Origin: Acidobacteriota bacterium
GTDB lineage: Bacteria > Acidobacteriota > UBA890 > WLXD01
NCBI GenBank assembly: GCA_965205505.1
Contig: CBDBHB010000009.1
Coordinates: 1-64,000 of the forward strand
Direction: 5' to 3'
DNA: 64,000 nucleotides
The notes below the pieces were generated by a model. That model worked only from the letters and a program-made list of their open reading frames with translations, was not told the DNA's origin and searched no databases. Made by a program: the position numbers and the translations under genes. Of the stretch, positions 39,552 through 51,142 are shown piece by piece; position 1 is the first letter of the stretch; every line of letters begins with the position of its first letter.

Positions 39552-40894
39552 GCCGCTTGTTCCCGGACGTCGATCTTGCCGGTGACCGCTGCCGAGATCA
39601 GCGCGGTACGGAATTCTCTGAGGTGGCCGATGGCTTGGAGAATTTTGGCGATGAGGGCGTCGATGCTCGTCGTCTCGCGGTCGAGGAAATCAGCGATGGC
39701 ATGTTGCTCTTGGCGGGGCGGGGCCACCACTAGCATCCCTGCAAGGTGGGAAGGCCCGAAGTGCTGGATCGTGCTTCCGCTGCGTGCCAGGTCCACCTGC
39801 GTCGCAAGCACGTCGGAGAGCAGCATCCATCGGGCGAAGTTCTTCAATACTCTTTCGGCTCTTGGGCGGATGATGATAATGCCGGTATAGGGGATCGCAC
39901 CAGCAGTCTCCTCGTCGACCTCAGCGCAGAATCCTGTCGACGCGCTACCGCTGATTAGCAAATCTCCTGACCTGACTTGGAAGTGGCTCCACCTTTTCCA
40001 AACGGTCTCGGGTGACAAGTAATTGCTACCATCGAGAGTGGCCCAACGTCCACGAATGCCGGAGATACGGAGGAGTGGAACCCCTTCGGCCAGGAAGTCG
40101 GCCGCCATGATCCCGGGACCCTCGAGGTAGTCGATGGCTCGCTTGAACGGGACCACCTCCCAATGCGCAGGGATCTCACCCAGCCACTCGACACCGGAAT
40201 CCTTCATGGGGACGTTCGGGTCCAGACCACGGGTGACGGCACGGGTGATCAGGGCGGTGCGTTTCTCCTGAAGTAGCTCGACCAACCGCTCCTTGTCCGC
40301 CACCAACCCATCGATCTTCGCTGTCTCGCGGTCAAGGAAAGCGGCGATGGCCCGCTGCTCTGACAAGTCCAGGACAGGGAGTGGAACTTGAGCGAAGTTC
40401 TCGTATCTGAGCTCCTGCCCGTCTCTCACGTAGTTGGATGTACTTTGGAGCGCTTGGACATAGGCACTGGACTTAAACAAATGCGCAAAGAGAGGCGCAT
40501 GCACCGGCCCTCTCGGCTCTAGCATCACGTACGCCGAGCTTATGTTCCCTCGATAATGAGAGAGTTCCAGCCCGCCCTGAAAGCTACGCATGCTGATCAC
40601 GAAGTCACCTGGCTCGACGTGCTTCAGGATCTCCGGCCGGTGAACGACCTGGACGACGCGACGCCCTTCCCGAGCCATGAACTCATCCTGTGGGATCACG
40701 CCGTAGCGCTGAGATGCCGTTAACTGCTGCTGTCCGCCCCTCGCCTTGTCCCTGCGAAGTCTGAAGAGTGCTTTGCTGCGAACCACTTCCCAGTGCGACG
40801 GAATCTCCCCCAGCCAGGGCTCGCCACTAACCCGGTACTCAGAGTACGGGCGGCGCCGGCGCCGGAACCCGGCCCTGGCACTGGCCTCGGTCAC
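39548..40894 (-). CDS. hsdS: Type I RM specificity subunit
   Basis: Two WLGEIP.HWEVV repeats, two EQ.AIA.FLDRET repeats, ALISAAVTGKIDV; GTGA overlap with the hsdM stop. Confidence 0.95.
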   Translation of the reverse strand: MTEASARAGFRRRRRPYSEYRVSGEPWLGEIPSHWEVVRSKALFRLRRDKARGGQQQLTASQRYGVIPQDEFMAREGRRVVQVVHRPEILKHVEPGDFVISMRSFQGGLELSHYRGNISSAYVMLEPRGPVHAPLFAHLFKSSAYVQALQSTSNYVRDGQELRYENFAQVPLPVLDLSEQRAIAAFLDRETAKIDGLVADKERLVELLQEKRTALITRAVTRGLDPNVPMKDSGVEWLGEIPAHWEVVPFKRAIDYLEGPGIMAADFLAEGVPLLRISGIRGRWATLDGSNYLSPETVWKRWSHFQVRSGDLLISGSASTGFCAEVDEETAGAIPYTGIIIIRPRAERVLKNFARWMLLSDVLATQVDLARSGSTIQHFGPSHLAGMLVVAPPRQEQHAIADFLDRETTSIDALIAKILQAIGHLREFRTALISAAVTGKIDVREQAA

Positions 40895-41798
40895 CCCGCT
40901 ACCTCCCGAAGCATCGCCACGATGTCCTTCTCGATGGTGCGGATGTCGGCCTGTATCTGCTCCAGCGGCCGCGGTGGGCGGTACTCGTAGAAGTAGCGGT
41001 TGAAGTTGATTTCGTAGCCCACGATCCCGACCTCTCCGTCCCGCACATCCCGGCATTTCGTGTCGATCCAGGCGTCGGGAACGTGCGGCTTCACCTCCCG
41101 CTCGAAGGACGACTCAACATCCTCCAGGAGGGGCACGCTCTCCGTGTCGCGGAGCCCTGGATCGGGCTCGGGGCTACCCTCCCGGTCCCTGCAGACCTCC
41201 GCCTCCTCGTTGCGCTCGGACAACGCGGAGAAAATGGCCTTCTTGATAGGCGCGGAGAGCTTGAGCTTCGCCTCTCGAGCCGTCTGGGAAAGCTCGGCCT
41301 CGAAGTCCTCCCGATCCAGGAACAGCTTGCCCGGCAGATTCTTCAGCAGGGTTCGGATCTCGGCCTGCTGCTTCCGGCCCGCCTCCTCGTCCTTCGCCTT
41401 CGCTTCGCCCTTCTTGCGCGACACCGCCAGGTTGACGAAAGCGCGCTCCTCTTCGAGCCGTGCGATCCGCTCGGGTCTGGGCTGGAAGTCGAGCTTCAGC
41501 GGTCGCTCCACCGTGATCTTGCGGAAGCCGAAGTGCGTACTCGGGTAGATGCGGCTGACGACAACCTCGCACTCCTCGCCATCCTGGACGACCTTGCGGG
41601 TTGCGCCGTCCTCGAACTCTGCCAGCAGCTGCAGGATCTCCTCCTTTCGCTCGACCGGAACCTCGCGACGCTTCGCACCCAGGCTCTTGCGCAGAGGGAC
41701 CCAGAACGAGGTGGCGTCGATGAGCTGCACCCTGCCAGCCCGCTCGGGCCGTTTCCGGTTCGTGAGCACCCAGACGTAGGTTGCGATGCCCGTGTTGT
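40891..41798 (-). pseudogene. hsdM: Type I RM methyltransferase, only the C-terminal part remains (cut by IS3)
   Basis: NTGIATYVWVLTNRK, LRKSLG.KR, LRDTESVPL, REVKPHVPDAWID, GYEINFNRYFY; SAM-binding and NPPY/F motifs absent. Confidence 0.92.
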
Positions 41799-43069
41799 TG
41801 ACCTGCCCCCCAATAATCGGGCCAGTTTGAGAGTTAGGAATTGAGGCTCTCAGGAAGGCTCGGGAAGGGGGAGAAATGGCCCGGAAGCGATACACGGTAG
41901 AGCAGATCATCGCCAAGCTCAGGGAGGCAGAGATCGAGCTGGCGCAAGGAGCCAAGACGCCGGAAGCGTGCCGGAAGCTGGGCATCAGCGAGAACACGTA
42001 GTACCGGTGGCGTAAGGAGTACGGCGGCCTGAGGGTGGATCAGGCACGGCGACTCAAGGAGCTGGAGCGCGAGAACGGGCGGCTCAAGAAGCTGCTGGCG
42101 GAAACGATGCTCGACAACGCCATCCTCAAAGAGGTGTCGTCGGGAAACTTCTGAGCCCGGCGCGCCGGAGCCGGGCAGTGCGACACGCACAGCAGTCGCA
42201 GGGGGTGTCGGAGAGGCGAGCCTGCCGAGTGCTGGGCCAGGTGCGCTCGACGCAGCAATATCGGCCCAAGGCGCCTGGAGACGAAACACCGCTGGTGAAG
42301 CGAATGACCGAACTGGCGACGCAGTACGGACGCTACGGGTACCGTCGGATCACGGCTCTGATGGAACGCGAAGGGTGGCGGGTGAACCACAAGAGGATCG
42401 AACGGTTATGGCGTCGTGAAGGACTGAAGGTACCGAAAAAGCAGCCCAAGCGCGGACGCTTGTGGCTCAACGATGGATCGTGCGTGCGGCTGAGGCCGGA
42501 AAGGAAAGATCACGTGTGGGCCTATGACTTCGTGCACGAACGAACTCACGACGGGCGAGCGGTTCGTCTGCTGACGATCGTGGATGAGTACACCAGGGAG
42601 TGCTTGGCCATCGATGTGGCGCGCAGGCTCAACTCCGAGAACGTGTTGGATCGACTCGCTGAGCTGTTCGTGAACCGTGGTGTTTCCGACCACATCCGCT
42701 CCGACAACGGACCGGAGTTCACTTCTCGGGTAGTGCGTGGCTGGCTCGAGCGGGTCGGTGTGAAGACGTTGTTCATCGAGCCCGGCTCGCCGTGGGAAAA
42801 CGGCTATGTGGAGAGCTTCAACGGCAAGCTACGCGACGAGCTGCTGAACGGGGAGATCTTCTACACGCTCAAGGAGGCGCAGAGCTTGGTGCAAGCCTGG
42901 CGCCGCAAATACAACCAGGTGCGGCCACACAGCTCGTTGGGCTATCGGCCGCCTGCACCGAAAGCGACGTTGTTAAAGCCGGCTACGCTCCGCTCCGCCG
43001 GCTGCAACAACCTCTTGCCAGCACCGATTCTATGAGTTACGAAGTGGCCTCAACACTTGGGGCAGGTCA
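41799..43069 (+). mobile_element. IS3-family element (IS407-like; orfA 41876-42154, orfB to 43035)
   Basis: IRs TGACCTGCCCC / GGGGCAGGTCA; WAYDF, RSDNGPEF, WENGYVESFNGKLRDE. No target duplication. Confidence 0.95.
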
Positions 43070-43454
43070 GCCTAGTGCGCTTCGAGATATTGGCGAGAGT
43101 TGTGGATGAGGAAGCAGCATGATCAGGCTGCGTCCTTCCTGGTCTTCTCAGTGGTCGGCCACGTCCTTCTCGGACAGGCCGAACTCGGCGAGCTGTCCTG
43201 TGACCAGCACGTTGTGCTGAACTTGCGACCCCACCATACCGTCGGTGACTTCACCTACTAGAACACCGCACCGCCAATCGGGAAGCACGGACATCATCGA
43301 TCTCGCTGACCGTTCCGGCAAGTGCGGCGCTTTCCCAAAGTAGAGTCCGGCCCATTATGCGGGCTTGGTGCTGTCCCTATGTCCTGGAAGAAGAAGCGGT
43401 GCGAGCCATCCTCTGGGCCGCAAGATCATCTCGAATGCCGACGGGGCGAGGCCA

Positions 43455-44725
43455 TGACCTGCCCCCCTTTTCTGGTCCACTGGAAGTGAGAGTCTCGGAC
43501 CGAATGACCCCACCCCGAAATCAGTACCAGTCAGAGGTTTAGGATTCGGTGTTCCGAAGCCTCCGGTTGCCAGCCCCTGGCGAACTCCGTAGGAGTTCGA
43601 TCGTTCAGTGAGCTGTGTGGTCTGTGGGTATTGTAATCAAGCCTCCAAGCCTCCAGTTTTCGGCGCGCGTCATCGATCGAGAAGAACAGGTTGGCGTTGA
43701 GGCATTCGTCGCGAAGCCGTCCGTTGAAACTCTCGATGAACGCATTCTCCACGGGCTTTCCCGGCCGAATGAACTCCAACTGCACGCCTCTTCGGTACGC
43801 CCAGGAGTCCATCGCCTGGGAGTAGAATTCTGAGCCATTGTCGACGGTGATGACCCGTGGCAACGGCCCGGCAAACGACAGCCGCTCGAGTGCTCCAGCC
43901 ACCGCCTTGCCGGTCATCGACACGCCCGGCTCAAGTAACGGACATTCACGGCTAAACTGATCGACCACCGTCAGCACCCGAAACGGCCGGCCACTCTCGA
44001 GCCGATCGGTCACGAAGTCCATGCTCCAGCGCTCGTTGGGCCGCTCTGCGGGCGGCAGCACAAGCCGTATGTGACTCGCCCGCTTGCGCCGTCGCTTTTT
44101 GGTCCGTACCTCCAGCCCCTCCTCTCGATAGATCCGATACACGCGCTTCTGGTTCACTACCCATCCCTCGCGGCGTAGCAACACGCACAACCTCCGATAC
44201 CCGAACCGCGGACGCGCCGCGGCGAGCTCGCCAAGACGACGCCGCAGCACGGGGTCGTCCGTCCTTGTGCTCTGATACCGATGGCTGGTGCGCGACAACT
44301 CGATCAGCCGACACGCTCGACGCTCACTGACACGGAACCCGTCCTGCAGGTACCGCACCACCTCGCGCTTGCGCGCCGGCTTCACACCTTTTTTGACAGC
44401 ACCTCCTGGAGCATGTGCTTGTCCAAGCTCAGATCTGCCACCAGCTGCTTCAACTTCCGGTTCTCATGGCGGAGTTGTCGTAGCTCCCGAAGTTCGGCCA
44501 CGCCCATCCCGGCGAACTTGCGGCGCCACGTGTAGAACGTCTGCTCGCTGACGCCCAGCTTGCGACACACCTCCTTGATCGGCGTGCCCGCCTCAGCCTG
44601 CCGCAGCGCGTAGGCGATCTGCTCGTCCGTGTACCTCTTCCGCTTCATCTGTCCTCCTGCTTGGAGGACGACGGTACACCGATTTCCTAAACATCAACCT
44701 GGCACCGTTTTCGGGGTTTGGGTCA
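43455..44725 (-). mobile_element. IS3-family element (IS407-like; orfA 44382-44648, orfB 43531-44385)
   Basis: TGACC...GGTCA termini, A6G slip site, [26 protein letters not shown]. Confidence 0.95.
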
Positions 44726-44948
44726 CACTCGCTGCGGTCAGTTACGTCCGTTAATAAGTCGGACATAACCCTAGTGACTCGGTTGTACAATCTCTTCCAT
44801 GGTCGACCATCGTCCATTCACCCGCACGGTGCTCACCGTCGCCGGCATTGACCAAGAGACACGGTCCCCCGGTGATGCCGTTCGGGTAGGCGGACGCAAC
44901 AGATCTACAGCCGAATCTGCCGGCGTGAGGACAGCATCGTGTCGGAGC

Positions 44949-47900
44949 ATGTCCAGAAACGATGCCTGTCTCTCTGGACCCCACAGTAAGCGTCGAGTTG
45001 CCCTCGCCGTCACGCTGTCAGTGCTGCTGTCGGGCATCGTGGCGGCGCGGGTCCACGCCCAGTCCGCATGGGACGGGACGGTGGAGGTGTCCCCGAGCAC
45101 GTTGACCGTCAAGGAAGGAGAATCCGTCAGCTACCGCGTGAGACTGACCAAGCCGCCGACAGGGGACGCCGACAGCAATGTGTGGTGGATCATGGTGCAG
45201 GCTGATGGCGCGAGGCGCGCCGACGGCATCTACAAGAGTATCCATTGGGTGCCGTCGATCGGCCGAGAGTTCAATCCGGACAGCCGGTCGGGTTGCGCAG
45301 GGTGCTGGGACCAGTGGCAGGACATCCGTATATATGCGGATCAGGATGACGATGCAGAGGATCTGTGGGTAACCTTCACCCACGAAGTGTGGGATCACAA
45401 CGCTGACTGCCCGGTGCATGGGGTGGGCGAGGTGACGGTACACGTCATCGATGACGACGGCGGAGGCACAACGGATGACAACCCGGCAGTCACGGTGTCC
45501 TACCGTCCGACGACCTACACGATGGTCGAGGGCGAGACGGTACCGGTAACGGTGGTCCTGAGCGCGGACCCGGAGCGCGAAGTGGTCATCCCGATTGCGG
45601 TTGAGCCCGGTGGCACCGCGACGACCGCAGACTATTCAGGGGTGCCCACGAGCGTGACCTTCGCATCCGGTGAGACGACCAAGGCCTTCACCGTCATGAC
45701 CACCGAGGACACCGCGGATGAGCCCAACGAGACCGTCAACCTGGGTTTCGGCTCGCTGCCCACTGGCGTGAGCGAGGGAAGCTCCCCGGATGCGGTCGTC
45801 ACCATCATCGACGACGACGGCGGAGGCGACGGGGAACGACGGCGGCGGCGGAGGCGACGGGAACGACGGCGGCGGCGGAGGCGACGGGAACGACGGCGGC
45901 GGCGGAGGCGACGGGAACGACGGCGGCGGAGGCGACGGGAACGACGACGGCGGCGGCGGCGACGGGAACGACGACACCGAGGACGGCGGGGCGAACCGGC
46001 CGCCGGTATTCGCCCGGAGCTATGCGTTCGACCTGCTGGAGCACCGGTCCGGGCGCGAGGTGCCGGTGTTCCTCGGAACGGTCCGGGCGCGAGACCCGGA
46101 CGGTGACCGGATTCGCTACGCCCTGTCCGCGGGCGACCGCGAGCGCTTCACCGTCTCTACGGCGAGCGGCGCGGTGAGCTACGTCGGCGGGGGCGAGGAG
46201 TTCGAGTCGGGTCCGTCGCGCTACGAGTTGCAGGTGACGGCGGAGGATGGGGCTCTCCGTGCGAGGGCCGATGTGGTCGTCCGGGTGGTGGACGTGCCGG
46301 AGGCGCCGGATGCCGGCGACGACGACGCGGAGACGCCGGAAGACACGCCGACGGTAATCGACGTGCTGTCGAACGACCGCGACCCGGACGGCGACCGGCT
46401 GCGGATTGCCTCCGTGGGCGCCGCGGAGCACGGCACGGCGACGCTGGCGTCGGGCGGGATTCGGTATGCGCCGGACCTGAACTGGCATGGCACGGATCGG
46501 TTCGACTACACGGTGGCCGACGCGGGCGGGCTGACGTCGACGGGTACGGTGACGGTGCGGGTGACGCCGGTGAACGACCCGCCCGAGGCGGTCGACGACG
46601 AGGCGGAGACGCTCGAGGACGTGCCGGCGGTGGTGGACGTGCTGGCCAACGACACCGACGTCGACGGGGACCGGTTGCGGGTGGTGGCGGTGGGCTCGGC
46701 GGGGCACGGCGCCACGGCGATAGCGTCCCGCAGGGTGCGCTACTCACCGGATCCGAACTGGTATGGGACGGACCGCTTCCGGTACACGATTGCGGACCCG
46801 GAGGGGTTGACGGCGACGGCGATGGTGACGGTGACCGTGCTGCCGGTCAACGACCCGCCGGAGGCCGTGGGGGTCATCCCGGACCAAGCGCTCGAGGAGG
46901 GCGGGGCGCCGGGGACGGTGGACCTGGCGCCGTACTTCACCGACGTCGACGGGGACGCGCTGACCTACGCCGCGGTGTCGTCGGACGAGACGGCGGTGAC
47001 GGTGACGGTTGCCGGCGCGACGGTGACGCTGTCGGCGGTGGTGACGGGCACGGCGACGGTAACGGTAACGGCCAGCGACGTCGAGGGGCTGACGGCGACG
47101 CAGACCTTCAGCGTGCAGGTGGGCGACCGGTTGGTGCGAGCGGTGATGACCGACGCGCTGGCGGCGCTGGGCCGGGGGCACCTGTCGAGTGCGCGGTCGA
47201 CGATCGGCCGGCACCTGGAGATGGGCGGCGGCGCGGCGACGCGGTTGATGGTCGGAGGCCAGCTCCTTTCGCCGGACGCCTGGGACCGGATCGGCGCGGG
47301 GGGACTGGAGCATACCCACGAGTTGCTGGTCCGGGCAGCGCAGTGGCGGCAGCGCGTTTCGGGAATGGACCTGGTCGGGACGTCGGCGGAGCCGCGGCTG
47401 GGGCGCTCGGGGTCGGCGGGGCTGCTGGGCGGCGAGTCCGGCGGGGACTGGAACCGGCTGCTGCAGGGGACGGACGTGCTTCTGTCGTTCGGGGGGCAGG
47501 ACGGTCCGCCGGGACCGGCGGGCGAGCGTGTCGGCGGGCCGCGGTGGACGGTGTGGGGGCAGGGTGACCTGCAGACGTTCCGAGGTGCGGACACCGAGGG
47601 CGACAGTTATGAGGGCGACCTGCGGACCGGGTATCTGGGGCTGGATGCCCGGCTGGGCGAGAAGTGGCTGGTGGGTGCGGCGTTGGCGCGCAGCGGCGGC
47701 CGCGGCGACTGGCAGGTGGGCTCGTCGAGCGGCCGCCTGACGACCGGGCTGACGGTGGTGCATCCGTACCTGCGGTGGGGTGACCGGGACACGTCGGTGT
47801 GGGCGTTGGCGGGCATCGGGTGGGGGACGGCGGAGAACGTGCGGACGCTGACCGGCCGGCGGGAGACGAGCCCGTTGCGCCTGGGCCTGGGCCTGGTGGA

Positions 47901-48765
47901 GGGTCGCCGTCGCGTAGCGACGACAGGCCGGTGGCTGGCGGTGGATCTGCGGGGGGAGGCGTCGTGGGCGCGGCTGCGGACCGGCGACGGGGAGGAGACG
48001 GTCGACGGGCTGGCGGCGGAGGTGCGGCGGGTGCGGACCGGCGTCGAGGTGACGCTGGCGCTGGACGGCCCGGGCGGTCTGGAGGTGGCGCCGTTCGGCG
48101 CGGTGAGCACGCGGCACGACAGTGGTGCGGGCCAGACCGGCGTGGGGCTGGAACTGGCGGGCGGTGTGCGGCTGACGGGCGGCCGCGTGCGCATCGAGGC
48201 GCACGGCCGGACCCTGGCGCTGCACACGGCGACAGACTACGAGGAGAAGGGAGTGAGCGTGACGGCGAGCGTCGGCGCCGGGCAGTACGAGCCGGGGTTG
48301 AGCGTGTCGCTACGCCCCCGGTGGGGAGCCCCGGGCTACGGAGCCGAGGCGCTGTGGCAGGACCAGCTGCAGAGCTACACGTACGGGTACGGGGCGGAGC
48401 GAGACGACGTCGCGGTCGACGCGCGGGTCAGCTACGGCCTGCGCCTGCCCGGTGGGCGGCTGCTCACGTCGTTCGGAGGCTACGGGGAGATGGGCACGCG
48501 GCGGCGCATGCAGGTGGGTGCGAACCTGGGCACGCTGGGCCTCTTCGGCGGCGACCTCGACAGCCCGCTCCAGTTCGAGTTCGTGGGCGAGCGCCATGTC
48601 CGGCCGCGAGGCGGAGCGGACCACCGCCTCACGCTGTTCGGAATCGTCAACCTGGGCGCGCGATCCAGCGCGTGCCGGGGCGGCACCTGCGCGTCGGCGA
48701 CAGCTCACCGACAGGGTCGGCGTGCGCCGCGGGCGTGGCGCCAGGCCGGGCACGAGCCCCGCTGA
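44949..48765 (+). CDS. Large adhesin/autotransporter (Calx-beta-like, cadherin, tandem Ig repeats, beta-barrel), split by one frameshift near 45831
   Basis: TF.SGET..V....D..DEP.ETV.L; ARDPDGD..Y; NDPPEAVDD..DVLANDTDVDGD repeats; C-terminal barrel (WGQGD, GLDARLG). Confidence 0.85.
45816..45975 (+). repeat. 27-bp tandem repeat GACGGCGGCGGCGGAGGCGACGGGAAC encoding a DGGGGGDGN linker
   Basis: Three exact units at 45838-45918 plus variant units on either side. Confidence 0.9.
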
Positions 48766-48854
48766 CGCAGCGATCAACCGCTCTGCCTCGGTATCGGATC
48801 TATCGGGAGGAGGGACTAGAGGTACGGACCGCCGGCACAGCGGCCCAACGAGCG

Positions 48855-49238
48855 TGACCCAAACCCCGAAAACGGTGCCAGGTTGATGTTTAGGAAATCG
48901 GTGTACCGTCGTCCTCCAAGCAGGAGGACAGATGAAGCGGAAGAGGTACACGGACGAGCAGATCGCCTACGCGCTCCGGCAGGCGGAGGCAGGCACGCCG
49001 ATCAAGCAGGTGTGCCGCAAGCTCGGCGTCAGCGAGCAGACGTTGTACACGTGGCGCCGTAAGTTCGCCGGGATGGGCGTGGCGGAGCTGCGGGAGCTCC
49101 GACAGCTCCGGCATGAGAACCGGAAGTTGAAGCGGTTGGTCGCAGACCTGAGCTTGGACAAGCGCATGCTCCAGGAGGTGGTGTCAAAAAAGGTGTAAAG
49201 CCGGCGCGCAAACACGAGGTCGTCCGGTACCTGCAGGG
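48855..49238 (+). mobile_element. Partial IS3 (left end and orfA 48932-49198), near-identical to the 43455-44725 element
   Basis: Same IRL TGACCCAAACCCCGAAAACGGTGCCA; orfA differs at about 5 residues; preceded by an orfB scrap at 48790-48854. Confidence 0.9.
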
Positions 49239-49356
49239 CGCCCTGGGCTCCGGGCGGGCTCGCTGACGTATGCAGTGCCTGCAGACGAGAGCGATCCGTC
49301 AGACTGCAACCTCATTGTTTGGCGGCCTCGATTGTTTGGCGGCAGTTGCGATTGGC

Positions 49357-49662
49357 TCAGATCTCCGGCTCCTCACCGCGGCGCGCGTGCCACAACGCCA
49401 AGATCTCGACCGTATTGCCGGTCTGTCCCAGGATGTAGTACAGGTGATAGTGGACACGACCGAGTAGTAACCGTCGCAACCCGCGCAACGACGAGTGTTG
49501 CACTGGTTCGCCCGCCGAAGGAAGGCGCCAGATCGTCTCGAAGCCTCGCTCGATCTCTTCGGCGAAGGCATCCGGCGCTTTGTCTCGATTGTGTATCCAC
49601 CAGTTGGCGGCGGCGCGAATCTGCGCGGCGGCACGCGGCGCTACGACAAGTCGCCGACTCAA
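49357..49662 (-). CDS. RelE/ParE-family toxin
   Basis: LVVAPRAAAQI..W..F..I..LP.AG..RRLLL..YHLYY..VEILALWHARR. Confidence 0.88.
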   Translation of the reverse strand: MSRRLVVAPRAAAQIRAAANWWIHNRDKAPDAFAEEIERGFETIWRLPSAGEPVQHSSLRGLRRLLLGRVHYHLYYILGQTGNTVEILALWHARRGEEPEI

Positions 49663-49886
49663 TCCGCGATGAGGGCTTTCAGCTCTGCGACAAGATCGTC
49701 TCCGTCGACGGAATCGCCCCCGTGGATCTCATCGGCCGCCACCGACAACTCAGCTTCTTGCTCAGCCGTTAGGCGGATTGGCTCATCCGCATCCCTGGCA
49801 AGAATCGTCACGCTCTCGCCTTCCGCAAGGACTCCGTCCGGAACCTGGATCTTGCCGTCTACAACGGTACTGGTAATGACCTTCAT
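49659..49886 (-). CDS. Cognate antitoxin
   Basis: Small acidic ORF overlapping the toxin start by 4 nt. Confidence 0.8.
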   Translation of the reverse strand: MKVITSTVVDGKIQVPDGVLAEGESVTILARDADEPIRLTAEQEAELSVAADEIHGGDSVDGDDLVAELKALIAD

Positions 49887-49973
49887 GGTTCTGCATTCTA
49901 CCAGCCGAGTAGCGGCCCCGCCTGGCCGCCCAACGGTTCACGGGCTCAGCCGGGGGCGCGTCCGGCGCAGCAG

Positions 49974-50259
49974 GGCTCGCCGTGGGAAAACGGCTACGTG
50001 GAGAGCTTCAACGGCAAGCTACGAGACGAGCTGCTGAATGGGGAGATCTTCTACACGCTCACTGAGGCGCAGAGCTTGGTGCAACGATGGCGCCGCGAAT
50101 ACAACCAGGTGCGGCCTCATAGCTCGTTGGGTTATCGGCCACCCGCACCGGAAGCGACGTTGTTGGAGCCGGCTACGCTCCGCTCCGCCGGCTCCAACAA
50201 CCTCTTGTCAGCACCGATTCCATGAGTTACGAAGTGGCCCAAACACTTGGGGCAAGTCA
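49974..50259 (+). mobile_element. Partial IS3 (right end), copy of the 41799-43069 element
   Basis: Near-identical to 42784-43069, ending GGGGCAAGTCA. Confidence 0.9.
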
Positions 50260-50888
50260 TGATCGCACGATGGCAGCCGAATACTAGTTTGGGGGGGGCA
50301 GATTCAGAGGTCGCTGTGGGAGTGAGGCGCAGAACGGTCCGTGACGTGATCATGTACGAGTACTCGAAGCTGATCGCCGATGCAGCTGTCGGTGGTCGAT
50401 CATCGCTCGCGCCGGTAACGCGCACGGGCGACGAATACTGGTCGTTCGTCACAGCCACCTTCGGCAAGCTGGCGAGAAAGGACATTCAGCCATCGACGGT
50501 GCTGCGAGAGAACAAGCTACTTGTGGTGGAAGAAAATGGCTGCGCGTACTGCGGGACCGAGAGTGATTCCCTGCAGTGGGAGCACATCATCCCGCGCGAC
50601 AAGGGAGGACCCGACACAATCGACAACCTCGTAATGGCCTGCTCAAGCTGCAACGCGACGAAGGGAGCACGAGATCCGTTCGAGTGGTATGCGGGCCGAC
50701 GTGCCGAGATCCCGCGCATAGTCCTCGGCAAGCTACTCAAGCAACTACTCGCGGCTCATACGGCGGCAGGGACACTCGCGTGGACCGAGTATCCGATGGG
50801 TCAGGGTCTCAAGGCGGCTCAGCTTGTCCGCGTGTTCACGAAACCGGGCTCTTCTGCGACGGGAGGGTGCGAGGAATCGCCAAGATGA
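50259..50888 (+). CDS. HNH endonuclease (McrA-like zinc finger); 5' end abuts the IS
   Basis: CAYCG..LQWEHIIP..GGPDTIDNLVMACSSCNATKG. Confidence 0.85.
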   Translation: MIARWQPNTSLGGADSEVAVGVRRRTVRDVIMYEYSKLIADAAVGGRSSLAPVTRTGDEYWSFVTATFGKLARKDIQPSTVLRENKLLVVEENGCAYCGTESDSLQWEHIIPRDKGGPDTIDNLVMACSSCNATKGARDPFEWYAGRRAEIPRIVLGKLLKQLLAAHTAAGTLAWTEYPMGQGLKAAQLVRVFTKPGSSATGGCEESPR

Positions 50889-51142
50889 ACATGGATCCGT
50901 GGCGGACCAATCCCGCCGCCCAACAGGCCCCTGCACCCGACGGTAAAGCTGTTCGCTCTTTTCGGAGAATCCCCCGTGGGAGGCGGGCGCCGATACCGCC
51001 GAACTCAGTGTTGTTTGGGCCGCCGGGTGGGCAGGTCACTGGCGCAGACAAAACGGTCCTACTTCGACGGATCCCTAAAGCGACTCAATGCGATTACGCC
51101 ACCAGCGAGGACCCCGTGGGCACTGCAAAAGCTGCAGCCGGA

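Noticed and set aside
45805-48857. Long alternative-frame and antisense ORFs over the adhesin, hsdR and other genes
   Set aside because: Shadow ORFs typical of high-GC coding DNA; Arg/Pro/Ala-rich with no motifs.
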